Below are positions 10,601 to 18,088 of a stretch of DNA of 64,000 nucleotides, piece by piece. The stretch comes from a virus. The stretch covers positions 1 through 64,000 of the IMG/VR virus record IMGVR_UViG_3300008108_007099; one strand, written 5' to 3'. The notes beneath the pieces were generated by a model, which was not told where the DNA came from, did no database searches, and saw only the letters and a program-made list of their open reading frames with translations. The stretch's first letter is position 1. Each line of letters begins with the position of its first letter. A program made the translations under genes and the position numbers.

Positions 10601-12846
10601 GAACCACATGGACTAAATGTATGATAGGTTATGGCGTAGTAGCACTTAAGAATGATGGTTCCATCTGGGGTTGTGGAAATAACAGTAGTGGACAGCTAGG
10701 AACAAACGATGTTTTGTCTAAAAGTTCTTTAGTTCAAGTTGGCGCATCTTTTGTCGAAATAGGAGCAAACTCTTCTAACATATTCGGAATTAAAAGCGAC
10801 AACACACTTTGGGGCACTGGAACTGCAACAGCATTATTGTCTGCCAGCCCAGTCAACGTCAGCAGTATAATCATGGTCAACAATACTGTTGCGTGGACTA
10901 GTTTTGCACCGGGTCAAATGAATTCTATTGTTATGGCGGCTAAGGGAACAGGCGGTATTTTGCCCACGCCAACTTTAACATCAAGTCCAACTCCGACACC
11001 AACTCCTAGTGCGACACCACAAGGTTCAAACTGGTGGGTATGGAGCAGCAATACAGTTGGAAATCTTGGTAACAATACAACTACTAGTATTGGAGCTTTG
11101 AATTTATTTTATCCTTCAAACCAATATGATGATGTTTCCCAAGGTACTGTTGGTGTGTTTGATAAAAGTGACGGAACATACTGGCATGTCGGAGCAAACA
11201 CAGGTGGTCAATTAGGTCTTGGAACTATTACAAATATAAGTTCGCCAGTTCAAGTGACTGGCGTAAATTATATTACATATACCAACGGAAGTAGTAGTGG
11301 TTTTAGAATTCTCACTAATGGCACATTATGGGGTTCAGGCACTGCAAGCAACGGAGTTTTGGGAATTAATCGCACGACAGCCACTAGTTCACCAATTCAA
11401 GAATCGTTAGGCAAAACGGATTGGGTTAAAGTTGCTTCAACGGGTTCAAACACAATTGCCTTAGATTCTTCAGGAAGAATTTGGACAACTGGGTTTGGAA
11501 CAAATGGTGCATTAGGCATAAATTTAGCAGTAACCGTCAGCACATTCACACAAGTTGGTTCTAATACAAACTGGTCCGATATTAGAGCAGGCACAGCCAA
11601 CTTAGCAGCCAAAAAGACTGATGGTACTTGGTGGGTTTGGGGAATAAATTCAACAGGTCAATTGGGAAGAGGTAATTCAATAAATGTAAGTTCGCCTGTT
11701 CAATTCCTTTCTGATAAGACATTCAGTAAAGTCCTATTGGGCAATACTGCTACTTTTGGATTGACCACTACTGGGGAAATTTTCGGGACTGGAAGTGGAA
11801 CAACTGGATATTTAGGCAACAACAGTGTTGTTAATGTTTCAAGTCCTGTGTTAATGCCCGGTGGTCCTTGGATTGATTTAATGCCAACCATGGGATCGGC
11901 ATTATATATGATTAAGAATAACAACACATTGTGGGCAACAGGTAACATCAACGGTAATCCAAGCTTAAACGCTACTCTTGTTAACGTGAGCAGTCCAATA
12001 CAAATTGATGCAACGAAAACTTGGACTAAATTCCCAACATTACCGTTCAATAATTCAGGCGGTATTGCGGCTTTTGCAGTTGAGGGAGCAACACCGACAC
12101 CTTCGCCAAGTGCTTCACCAGCGCCTACTGCAACTCCAGCACCTACCTTTGGTCCTTTGAGTTGTCCTTATGGAGCACAAACATTCTCTGCTAGTGCTCC
12201 AACAGCCTTAACAATTCCAAATGGAGGCGATTATGCTATGGGCACCGGAGACTTTACTGTTGAATGGTGGCAAAATGCAACGGCTGGCTGGACTACTTTT
12301 GGATATGGTTTAAATCAATATGTATTTTCTGTCAATGACAATCAATTTGCATTCTCAGAATATCTAGAACCACCATATATTGATCCACAGATTGTAAGCT
12401 GGGTTTTCTATGCAAATGGAACTGCTTATACTCTTTACACATACAATTATGTTTTTGGTGGAACAAGTCTTTATGGCAACTGGTTGCATATTGCTGTGGT
12501 TAGAGCTTCTGGTGTGGTAACTCTTTACATAAACGGTATAGCCCAAGGAACCGCCACAGTTACAGATAATATCACAGACACGTCAACATTGTACGTTGGT
12601 GACTTTACTACACATGATTCTTTTGGTTACTATAACTACAACGGTTTGATTACAAACTTCAGAATTGTTAAGGGAACAGCAATTTACACCAGTAATTTCA
12701 GTGTGCCATCTGCTCCGTTGACAAATGTTAGCGGTTGCAAGTTGCTAATGCAAGTCAACAGTTCTGGAACGCTGCTTACTGACTCTAGTAGTGCAGCCAA
12801 GACCGTAACAAATAGTTTAGGAACCGTAACTTACACAAGTTGCTAA
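1618..12846 (+). CDS. Giant (3742 aa) multidomain adhesin/tail-associated protein: 6 RCC1-like propeller regions, 4 LamG/ConA-like domains, mucin-like S/T/P linkers
   Basis: Recurrent DGTLWxWGxNxxGQLG...SSPVQ blades (RCC1-like); GTGDFTIExW...W.HIA.xR..G...G.ITNFR LamG-like motifs; long SPTPSPSP linkers. The frame is open from 1477. Confidence 0.85.
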   Translation: MTNTPISGGYSFVTLAMTPGDSATSAYDVLCSPTDVRIVGTAVGTATVYTIVGGVPTPYPFTNTSFDQIWTLNTGDQLAIYVAEPDSVSGNITYITTTPTPTTTAATPTPTPTDSPLPTTSVTESPSPTPSESPSPTPTDSPTPSPSMSESPSPTPSDSPSPTPSESPTPSPSPSNSASPTPSPSPSESPTPSPSPSNSASPTPSPSPSESPTPSPSPSNSASPTPSPSPSESPTPSPSPSNSASPTPSPSPSESPTPSPSPSNSASPTPSPSPSVTESPTPSPSPSNSASPTPSPSPSDSPTPSPSPSNSASPTPSPSPSVTESPTPSPSPSNSASPTPSPSISPSVTPSPTPSPSAAPTQDLFVWGGNSSGQLGLGNVVPRSSPVILTGANFQNIPFGANAVGALQVNGEMYVWGDNTFGQLGLNDTTNRNSPVVLAGSFSQVSINSTSAGVRKDGTLWSWGNAGTYGATALNTVLSNSSPLQIGSSSDWLKVVTRYSPNTLMAIKTDGTLWGAGNNSNGCLGDGTTVNRSSLVQSGSDNNWQDIQVGVNFAVGLRKDGTIWTVGAGLSGNLGNNSVADRSSWIQVGASNNWVAISCKHQPVLALNNLSELYVWGNGSTGGTGLNAVTSVSSPTLLMTNVSYFSAGPSFGSAIKNNNTLWTWGVGTNGRLGLNSTINVSSPTQVGSNSSWIGVECNFDTTMALYTYLTPVPTATSTLTPTPTPSVTSSPTPTPSYSESPTPSPSPTPTDTPSPTPSPTPSPSATAMPLTCPQGAMYFDGSNVSYLSIPDNASLNLGTGNFTIEWFQNMSSSSDADALVFSVGVSPSAVIGFGIEQPIGDPSNATMTFYENSGSAVVNTLPRSYIFGNWFHIAICRAAGVIRFFLNGQQFNYINSTFNITFGGAPLSIGCELSTPATNMFKGNITNFRWIKNNALYTSNFSVPATPLSAVTGTGLLLDSLTPATVSTDTSGNNNTVNNSNVIYTACNGTTATPVPTNSPTPTATNAITASPTQTPTNTVTPIPTGTPIPTTSPTPAGPTPTPFVGPLSCPTTSDGFATFNAIFGTTWIIENNNNYVVGTGDYTVEVFANPYASGSAAIYWSVGGFYFTMYSFFGSPVEPRLYYDGSNYIAFPTISAASYLTNRWRHLAITRSNGVTYMWLDGTLWGQSSTAYDMQDGASELWIGGNSNDSIFCFGGQMTNFRYLVGAAVYTQNFTPSTPLANLNGTKLLLLTSTAQTINTDSSSLNKTVTSINGMIYTGCNGTTPTPTPSVTRSPTPTPSPSATPQAAFLQCPGANGSYIFAASQLEVPYNNGLTIGTSDYTIECFMYPTGFGVQGTLFAFGPYSGGISLEFVGFGAQKGIRLYSQSIGAQVLGTLTTNYYNQWSHVALVRSSGVTSLYLNGAWQGSTSASYDINDTTSSLWIGNDGSLDSGVSFGGNITSFRWTKGNAIYTSNFTPPSYPLTALTGTELLLNTSSASGITTDDSGYNRTVVNDNVSFSVCPATPTPTQSPSVTPSPTPSGTPSPTPSFTPSPTLSPTPSNSPSPTPSFTPSPTPSPSISPTVTESPTPSPSPSPSNSPTPTPTPIGGFLFSTGINQFGQINFNDDVNRSSWTQAGSDKWLKVSTGYGICTFVKRFDSTWWVTGYNQYGTLGIGTLQDKSSYVQFSSSTDWKDIYTNDYSTFGVKNDGTLWSWGAAYLNGRDVASSSPMQVNLPSTVKSFSITQNGILTALNDGNVYAIGINNNYRYTDSTPMYALLSSPTMILGGGVWASATSGYSSSLFIKNDGTLWGVGANAYGMLFQPSSFVRASTPIQISVDTNWEKTQSINDGSYFGLKTDSTFWVWGQNAYGQLGTNNTISYSSPVQGTSLTWRQVHACSYNVAGIEASTGQLYVWGQNTYGQAGNQNTNSISSPTQVSVSQVNSWAYVGGGFGNFSAIGDLYPTPTPTSTEATLTPTPSPSVTASPTPSPSPSPSVTESPTPSPSPSPSVTESPTPSPTPSPSATVTPQSFNIWGANYDGPAGNNSVVNFTSPVIWASNVQYKQVSYGRTETAFIKNDDTLWLSGNNAYGQLGINSTVNKSSPVQAITGGSWIFASAGATVLAIKADGTLWGWGYNYYATVGNSTKNVYVSTPVQISAATNWVSCTTSQRTAYAINSLGQMYVWGYNGNGTYGTNTTVEASSPVQGPTNKSWSQVAGSSFGSTIALATDGTVWTWGNNYRGFLGNNTAISKSTPVQVGSATNWAKVASGYWHAVALKNDNSLWVWGYGGDGALSQNNTINYSSPVQIAGNWLDATGAYDATWGIKSDNTFWACGGNGSGEQPFTGASRSSMIQAGGAGTYLSFVKNICDAFGGIARISPPTASPSPSATPTPTPTPSGTGPTPSPSATGPTPTSTPTPQTFNVWGANYDGTAGNNSVTNFTSPVTWASNVTYKKVSYGRTETAYIKYDNTLWLSGNNAYGQLGINSTSNRSSYVQVITGGEWSYVSSNQVTLAIKSDGTLWGWGYNYFANIGNNSKVYASSPVQISAATNWVSCTSSLRTSYAINSLGQLYVWGNNGSGQYGLNNTTDASSPIQGPTNKSWSQVAGSSYGSTIALATDGTVWTWGNNYRGFLGNNTATSKSTPVQVGSATNWSKVSAGYYHAVAMTNDGSLWVWGHGGYGQLGQNTAVNASSPVQIAGIWYDATGATQNTWAIKSNNTLWACGSNSSNQQPISGAANISSITQVSGSSQYLNFVPVNDNAFGGIASISTSLLSTPTPTPSPTPAAFESWYFWGQSNNGQMAYDSTNTVLNLYNYYPTSVYDNLYTGTATVFIKKDGTMWGAGLNTTGGLGINDIINRSSMVQIGSGYTSAAIGLAQNYFLKPDGTLWASGTNSSGQLGINSAVNVSSLVQESLGKTDWAMVSTGNGGAAAIDTSGRLWTVGSANNGALGNNTGTGNKSSFIQIGADTTWSTVSYGNARCAALKTDGTIWSWGSNSQGSLGTGDAASRSSPTQIGIGTTWTKCMIGYGVVALKNDGSIWGCGNNSSGQLGTNDVLSKSSLVQVGASFVEIGANSSNIFGIKSDNTLWGTGTATALLSASPVNVSSIIMVNNTVAWTSFAPGQMNSIVMAAKGTGGILPTPTLTSSPTPTPTPSATPQGSNWWVWSSNTVGNLGNNTTTSIGALNLFYPSNQYDDVSQGTVGVFDKSDGTYWHVGANTGGQLGLGTITNISSPVQVTGVNYITYTNGSSSGFRILTNGTLWGSGTASNGVLGINRTTATSSPIQESLGKTDWVKVASTGSNTIALDSSGRIWTTGFGTNGALGINLAVTVSTFTQVGSNTNWSDIRAGTANLAAKKTDGTWWVWGINSTGQLGRGNSINVSSPVQFLSDKTFSKVLLGNTATFGLTTTGEIFGTGSGTTGYLGNNSVVNVSSPVLMPGGPWIDLMPTMGSALYMIKNNNTLWATGNINGNPSLNATLVNVSSPIQIDATKTWTKFPTLPFNNSGGIAAFAVEGATPTPSPSASPAPTATPAPTFGPLSCPYGAQTFSASAPTALTIPNGGDYAMGTGDFTVEWWQNATAGWTTFGYGLNQYVFSVNDNQFAFSEYLEPPYIDPQIVSWVFYANGTAYTLYTYNYVFGGTSLYGNWLHIAVVRASGVVTLYINGIAQGTATVTDNITDTSTLYVGDFTTHDSFGYYNYNGLITNFRIVKGTAIYTSNFSVPSAPLTNVSGCKLLMQVNSSGTLLTDSSSAAKTVTNSLGTVTYTSC
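2116..2445 (+). repeat. Five near-identical 66-bp tandem units encoding [22 protein letters not shown]
   Basis: Units begin at 2116, 2182, 2248, 2314 and 2380; degenerate copies continue to ~2690. Confidence 0.9.
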
Positions 12847-12857
12847 AAAGGTGAAAT

Positions 12858-13040
12858 ATGGAACAGTTTAAATGCTCATGTTGGAAATGTGGATGGGAAA
12901 GAACATCCACTAATGGTCAAGCGTCTTTCAACGATTTGACACCTGCACCTTCCGCTGACCCGAATAATCCGGCTGTGCTGAAAAGGTACAGGTGTCCTTC
13001 GTGTGATCGAATTGTAAGAGCTATGCCAGTTACTTCGTAA
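12858..13040 (+). CDS. Small zinc-ribbon-like protein (60 aa)
   Basis: CSCWKC and RCPSC Cys pairs; AAGGTG SD-like sequence upstream. Confidence 0.6.
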   Translation: MEQFKCSCWKCGWERTSTNGQASFNDLTPAPSADPNNPAVLKRYRCPSCDRIVRAMPVTS

Positions 13041-14679
13041 ATTCAACCCAAATCGACAGGTCTGGCAGCAGATCGAATGTTTCTGCAAGGATTTGCTTGT
13101 TGCCTTCATTGAAGTTGCAACGCTTAACCTTGAATCCAGCTTCTTCACCAATCTTCTTGAGGCTCACACCGTCATAAGCAATTCGGTGTCCCTCAAATAA
13201 CAATGACCAGAACTTGAATGATTGACAAGCATTCTTTGCAGAAACAACATTAATCTCGTCAAACATGCCCAACTGATTATTTTTATAATAATTTGTAATT
13301 CTTTCTGCGTCCGGAACTGAAACCCTCATAACAGCACCGGGCTTCATTACCCTGTAACACTCCTGAAGGAATTTCAACCCTTCTTCCCAAGTCAGGTGCT
13401 CAAGCATATGACAAGACGCAATAAGATCAACAGTATCATTTCCGAGTCGCATTGGTTGTCGCGCATCCATATGAACAAACTTGTATTGGTATCTGTCAGC
13501 CCATTGTCCAAGCTGAACAACATCCATGTTTAGCCAGCCATGATGATACATCGTGGTAAAGCTGCCAATATTCAGCTTAAGTTTTTCATCACCAGCAGGA
13601 ATGGCAGTGGAAATAATTCCTTTTTCCATGTCTTCCTTGTCGCAAACAACTTGTGTCTTAGGTGCTCTTTCATCCCACCAAGCCTTGTCATGTAGACTAC
13701 AGTGAGTCTGGTCAAATCCATCGTCATTTTCACCGAAATCGATTCCATGTATGCCGCGTTCACTCACACGGTCAATCTCTGCCAAAACTTTTGGAATAAA
13801 TTCTTCTGGAATGTGCTCCATTACAGCTATGCTGTAACAAAGGTCGAATTCCTTATCCTTAAAGGGCCAAGGGAAGGTGCAAACATCAAATTCAAGTACC
13901 GAATCGGTGACCCTAGTAAGATGGCAGTGCTTGGAAATTTCAACCCCCTTAGCGGGGATTCCGGCCTGTTCAAATCTACGAACTAAGTAACCTCTGGCAG
14001 CACCGACTTCTAATACTGACTTTGGATTAAGCTCCATCAGCTTATTGAATGTTACCCAGTGTACTGGGTAGTCCCAATAACCCTCGTAGGCATATCCGCC
14101 TACCTTGCCACCACCATTAAAATAATGCTGGTCGAATAATGATTTGCGTTCTTCACTAGATTGTTCTGCCACAGCTTTCCCCTTTTTTGCTTCAATCATC
14201 ATATCAGTTTTTAAATCCCCCCAAGGGAGCACGGTCACTTGGTCAAAACCTACTTCAGACAACAATCTGATTGCGTATTTTGGATTCAAACTGTTTTTGT
14301 GAGTATTATCTTCGTAATCTTGATCACCAAAAATTATACAGGAACAGAGATCGTCCCATTCATCATGTTCCAGAACCCACTCCATTTGTCTTTCAGTATT
14401 TGCCGTAATAAATACCGCGACTCCACCATCATTTAATATTCTATAGCATTCTTCCATAAATTTCTTGACTTTACGCCAAGAAATATGTTCAATACAAAAC
14501 TTACTAAAAATACCATCGTATTCTTTATCTTGGATTGGCAAAGGTTCATCAAAATCAGCAACAATGTCAACATTTGGAGCTTCTCTGACATCTAAATTAG
14601 GTCGAAATACTGGAACAGTACCTCCTCCCAATTCTATAACTTTCATTTCCTTAGTAAATGGAAGAGTGAAACCATTCAT
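13030..14679 (-). CDS. Protein with three tandem class I SAM-dependent methyltransferase-like domains
   Basis: Three motif sets: VIELGGG...FCIEHI...ECYRILNDGG; VLEVGAARG...AVMEHI; LNIGS...HMLEHL...ECYRVMKPG. Start reassigned to 14679 (ATGA overlap with the upstream stop, GGAG SD). Confidence 0.85.
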   Translation of the reverse strand: MNGFTLPFTKEMKVIELGGGTVPVFRPNLDVREAPNVDIVADFDEPLPIQDKEYDGIFSKFCIEHISWRKVKKFMEECYRILNDGGVAVFITANTERQMEWVLEHDEWDDLCSCIIFGDQDYEDNTHKNSLNPKYAIRLLSEVGFDQVTVLPWGDLKTDMMIEAKKGKAVAEQSSEERKSLFDQHYFNGGGKVGGYAYEGYWDYPVHWVTFNKLMELNPKSVLEVGAARGYLVRRFEQAGIPAKGVEISKHCHLTRVTDSVLEFDVCTFPWPFKDKEFDLCYSIAVMEHIPEEFIPKVLAEIDRVSERGIHGIDFGENDDGFDQTHCSLHDKAWWDERAPKTQVVCDKEDMEKGIISTAIPAGDEKLKLNIGSFTTMYHHGWLNMDVVQLGQWADRYQYKFVHMDARQPMRLGNDTVDLIASCHMLEHLTWEEGLKFLQECYRVMKPGAVMRVSVPDAERITNYYKNNQLGMFDEINVVSAKNACQSFKFWSLLFEGHRIAYDGVSLKKIGEEAGFKVKRCNFNEGNKQILAETFDLLPDLSIWVEFTK

Positions 14680-15689
14680 GAAAGTAACTCCTTCCATATT
14701 TTGATGTAGCAATCTTTAACCTTATCCCAAGTGTATCTTTGAACATTGGTAGCACAATTTTTTGCCATAAAATCAAATGTTTCTTTATTATTTTTCAAAT
14801 AATCTATCGCGTTCATAATCTGACGCGGATCTTTTTTCTTAACAATGATACCGCAGTCATTTACTGTATCAGCACCACCAGCACCGTCACTTGCAATCAC
14901 GGGCCTATGACAATTCATAGCTTCTAAAATTTCTATACCAAATCCCTCAGTTACACTAGGCTGTACGTAAACATTACAACTGTTGTAAAATTTCTCAATA
15001 GATTTCACATAACCAAGGATGTTGACGTGTCCTTTTGTCATTCTTCTTATATAAGGTAACATACCAACACTTTGTGAACCCGCGAGTTGCAGAACTGCGT
15101 CTTTATAACCCAATTCCTCCCAAGCTCTTAAAAGGTAAATTAGTCCCTTATCGGGACCTATTTGACCAAGGTATCCAACAGTAAAAGTTTTTGGATATTT
15201 ATCTGGCCTCATGGGGTAGCATCCGTGTGGAACTACCTCGATTGGATTTGCACATCCAAAACCTTCCATGACAGACTTGCTATGGTAGGAAGGACAGATG
15301 ATTTTATCTGCTATTTTGTAAGAGTGTAAATATTTGGCAAAAAGTTCTGGATCAGTTAAATGGGGCAATTCATAATTTATGCCATATAGCGCAAATTCTT
15401 CTTTGCTAAGTTTTACGTCATGAGCTGCCGCAGTGTAGGTAATTTTTACGCCAGCATCTTTAAGTCTTTGTGAAAATCTAGGAAATGTTCCAGAATAAAA
15501 ATGTGCTAATTTAACACCAGTCAAATCAATTTCTGGAATAGCGTTTTCAGTTGCAAAAGGGTCTTGTTGTGGCGGAGGATTGACTACAGTAACAGGACCA
15601 ACTTGAGCAAGGGCTTCGAGTTCATGCTTGGTTACATGACCGCCGCCAGTCTCAACACCGATACGATCTGCAGTTACGTATAGTAACAT
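14676..15689 (-). CDS. GT4 (GT-B, Glycos_transf_1) glycosyltransferase
   Basis: YLGQIGPDKG...YVQPSVTEGFGIEILEAMNCHRPVIASD signature. Confidence 0.9.
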   Translation of the reverse strand: MLLYVTADRIGVETGGGHVTKHELEALAQVGPVTVVNPPPQQDPFATENAIPEIDLTGVKLAHFYSGTFPRFSQRLKDAGVKITYTAAAHDVKLSKEEFALYGINYELPHLTDPELFAKYLHSYKIADKIICPSYHSKSVMEGFGCANPIEVVPHGCYPMRPDKYPKTFTVGYLGQIGPDKGLIYLLRAWEELGYKDAVLQLAGSQSVGMLPYIRRMTKGHVNILGYVKSIEKFYNSCNVYVQPSVTEGFGIEILEAMNCHRPVIASDGAGGADTVNDCGIIVKKKDPRQIMNAIDYLKNNKETFDFMAKNCATNVQRYTWDKVKDCYIKIWKELLS

Positions 15690-15692
15690 TTA

Positions 15693-16712
15693 TTACCACC
15701 CACCTGTTTCGACAGCTTCCTTGCAAAGATTTTCGTACTGAGCAATCATTCTGGCATAACTGAATTGTGAAGCCCACTCTCTGCAATCATTCCTCTTTAA
15801 ACCAGATACAGCGTCGGTCTTTATAAGTTCTTCGATTTCTGCTTCGCTCTTGACTAGGAAACCGGTTTCTCCATGCTTTACAGTTTCGCGCATAGCTCCG
15901 TTATCCCATGCAATTACGGGCATACCACAAAGCTGTGCTTCAACAGGTGCCAATCCAAATGGCTCTCTGAAAACCTTATTTGGATGCAACAATGCTTTGT
16001 TTGTATTGAACCATGCTGCGCACTCTGTTCTATTTTGTGGTCCAACATATCGTAGTCTTGGATTTAAAGCACAGTTACTCTTTAGTTCTAGTGCCAATTG
16101 TGGTTCGCCGGTAAACTTATCATCACCAACCATATCTAGTCCTACGCCACACTTGATCGCAGATTGTTGAGCTATTTGAGGACCCTTGATAGTACTCATG
16201 CGTGCCAAGAACAAATATCTATCGTTGCGCTTTTTACCTTCATCCTTATAAAAATCAACATCCACACCGTTGTAAGCCACTCTGGCTTCTCTCTTAAGGT
16301 GATCTCTACATCCATTTGCTTGGTCTTGGCTTATGCAAACTAAACAAGGCTTTTCGACTGGAGGAGGCGAATTGTACATGGTATGTACTGGTGCATGAAG
16401 TACTCCAAGGACAGGTGCCTTCAAAACACCTTCTACCTTAAGCATGTATGACCACTTTTCCCAACTGTGATCAATAACCACATCAAAATTAGGAAGTTTA
16501 GCCCAATATCCGCTGTATGCTTGCTTTTCAGCTTCACCTAAAGTAGTGCCATGCATAAGCGCATCAGTCTTTGACTCTTTCGGGGCGACCAGCATAACTT
16601 CATGTCCTCTGGCTTTAAGGCCATTAGCACAAAGCCAGCTAACCATTTCCAATCCCGCGTAGCCGGATGGAGGACAAGAGATAACAGTCGTTGAAACTAC
16701 ACAAATTTTCAC
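15693..16712 (-). CDS. GT4 glycosyltransferase
   Basis: PPSGYAGLE N-terminus, FLARMSTIKG, REPFGLAPVEAQLCGMPVIA, ETVKHGETGF. Confidence 0.9.
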   Translation of the reverse strand: MKICVVSTTVISCPPSGYAGLEMVSWLCANGLKARGHEVMLVAPKESKTDALMHGTTLGEAEKQAYSGYWAKLPNFDVVIDHSWEKWSYMLKVEGVLKAPVLGVLHAPVHTMYNSPPPVEKPCLVCISQDQANGCRDHLKREARVAYNGVDVDFYKDEGKKRNDRYLFLARMSTIKGPQIAQQSAIKCGVGLDMVGDDKFTGEPQLALELKSNCALNPRLRYVGPQNRTECAAWFNTNKALLHPNKVFREPFGLAPVEAQLCGMPVIAWDNGAMRETVKHGETGFLVKSEAEIEELIKTDAVSGLKRNDCREWASQFSYARMIAQYENLCKEAVETGGW

Positions 16713-17368
16713 AGCTTTAGCTCCAAAGGTTTGAGTTGACCGCCGAAACTTTCAGATAAACCAACATGGCGGCACTTTACGCTGGTATCACAGAATACCT
16801 TCATGCCATTCTTGCGTAGATGGCGAATATAGGTAAAATCTTCAGAAGTTCTTTCATTTGCTGGCAAGTCTGGTTTATCACATCGCCATTCAAACCATCG
16901 GCAATCCTTGCTTACAGGCGGCATGTTTGTAAGTGTATCTCTGTGTATTAGCAAGCATCCTGATCCAACCAAATCACATTCAACCAATGCGTTATCTGTA
17001 TATTGTGTAATCCAATCATATCCAGTTTTATCTTCTTTTTCTTTCAGCATTACAGGCACAAGAGGCGAAGCTCTGCGATAATACAGGCCACTAACTATAG
17101 GAAGTTTGTGGGCCATCAACCTATGAATGGTATCAGGAGGCACCAAAAGATCGTCATCCAAAAAGAATAGCCATTCCCAACCAAGCTCCAATACTTTTTG
17201 GCAACCGGTATTTCTAGCATGATCGAACGGCATGCCAGAAACGAAGGTATATGTGCCGGGAATCTGTAGATTCCTGAAGTTCATCGCCCAAGTTGTTGTA
17301 ACTAATTCTCTGGTTAAGGTGCAAACTAATACTCTATTTTGATTTACGATTTCCCAAGATCCAGCCAT
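16709..17368 (-). CDS. GT2-like (GT-A) glycosyltransferase
   Basis: HARN...WLFFLDDD (DxD), VGSGCLLI, SEDF, GMKVFCDTSVKCRH motifs. Confidence 0.85.
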   Translation of the reverse strand: MAGSWEIVNQNRVLVCTLTRELVTTTWAMNFRNLQIPGTYTFVSGMPFDHARNTGCQKVLELGWEWLFFLDDDLLVPPDTIHRLMAHKLPIVSGLYYRRASPLVPVMLKEKEDKTGYDWITQYTDNALVECDLVGSGCLLIHRDTLTNMPPVSKDCRWFEWRCDKPDLPANERTSEDFTYIRHLRKNGMKVFCDTSVKCRHVGLSESFGGQLKPLELKL

Positions 17369-17573
17369 TGAAGAACCTTTTCTATAAAGAGATTTATAGC
17401 ATAAAATAGTATGGACGGAATAATTATATCCAAAAAGAAAATAATAATCAAATTCTTGCTAAATATTTTAAGAAGGATTTGTAATAGTAAAAAAATTAAA
17501 GGTTTATGTATGTAATTTTATACATATTTTATAACCTTAATTACTTGTTTATTTTGTAAATTTAGGAGAATGT

Positions 17574-18077
17574 ATGGCGGATTTAAATCAGTGGCAGGCA
17601 GCCCAGAATGTAAACATAGTTGGACAAAGCGGCGCAGCAGTTGTCACTGACATTATTTCCGGCAATCCGCAAGGACTTGTTGTACGTAATATTCCTACTA
17701 GCGGTCTTACTCAGCCAGTAGCAGAAACACCTGAATCTTCAAACTATTTTGCTCCAACATCTTACAACAGTAGCGATTATGAAAGTTTTGGTGTGGCAAA
17801 AACTAGCGCGGGAAATTTATTTGGTTTTTGTGGATATAACGCAAGTGAACAATACATGTTTTTGCAAGTCCATAATTCTGATTCAATTCCTCAGAGCGGC
17901 GATAGCCCCACAGTAATATTAAGTTGTCCTCCCTGTAACAACTTCTTCTGGGATGGAGGAAAGTTTGGAATTTATTTTTCCAGCGGCTTGACGTGGACTG
18001 CCAGTACAACAGGGAATATTTATACACCACAAACAGTATATAGTGGTAGTGTTTGGGTGAACGTTTTCTACAAATAA
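17574..18077 (+). CDS. Hypothetical virion-associated protein (167 aa, SG-rich)
   Basis: AGGAG SD; first gene of the + strand fibre operon; no family recognised. Confidence 0.65.
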   Translation: MADLNQWQAAQNVNIVGQSGAAVVTDIISGNPQGLVVRNIPTSGLTQPVAETPESSNYFAPTSYNSSDYESFGVAKTSAGNLFGFCGYNASEQYMFLQVHNSDSIPQSGDSPTVILSCPPCNNFFWDGGKFGIYFSSGLTWTASTTGNIYTPQTVYSGSVWVNVFYK

Positions 18078-18088
18078 TAGGATAGAGT

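Noticed and set aside
1618-12846. Eukaryotic or giant-virus (NCLDV) origin suggested by RCC1/mucin features
   Set aside because: SD motifs, ATGA overlaps and T4-like neck/sheath genes indicate a tailed bacteriophage.
13030-17368. Bacterial LPS/capsule locus or DNA hypermodification cluster
   Set aside because: No flippase, polymerase, export or base-hydroxymethylase genes, and the cassette is embedded in virion genes. A DNA or host substrate cannot be fully excluded.
17369-17573. ncRNA or replication origin in the AT-rich gap
   Set aside because: No stable hairpin or iterons seen; adequately explained as a divergent promoter region.
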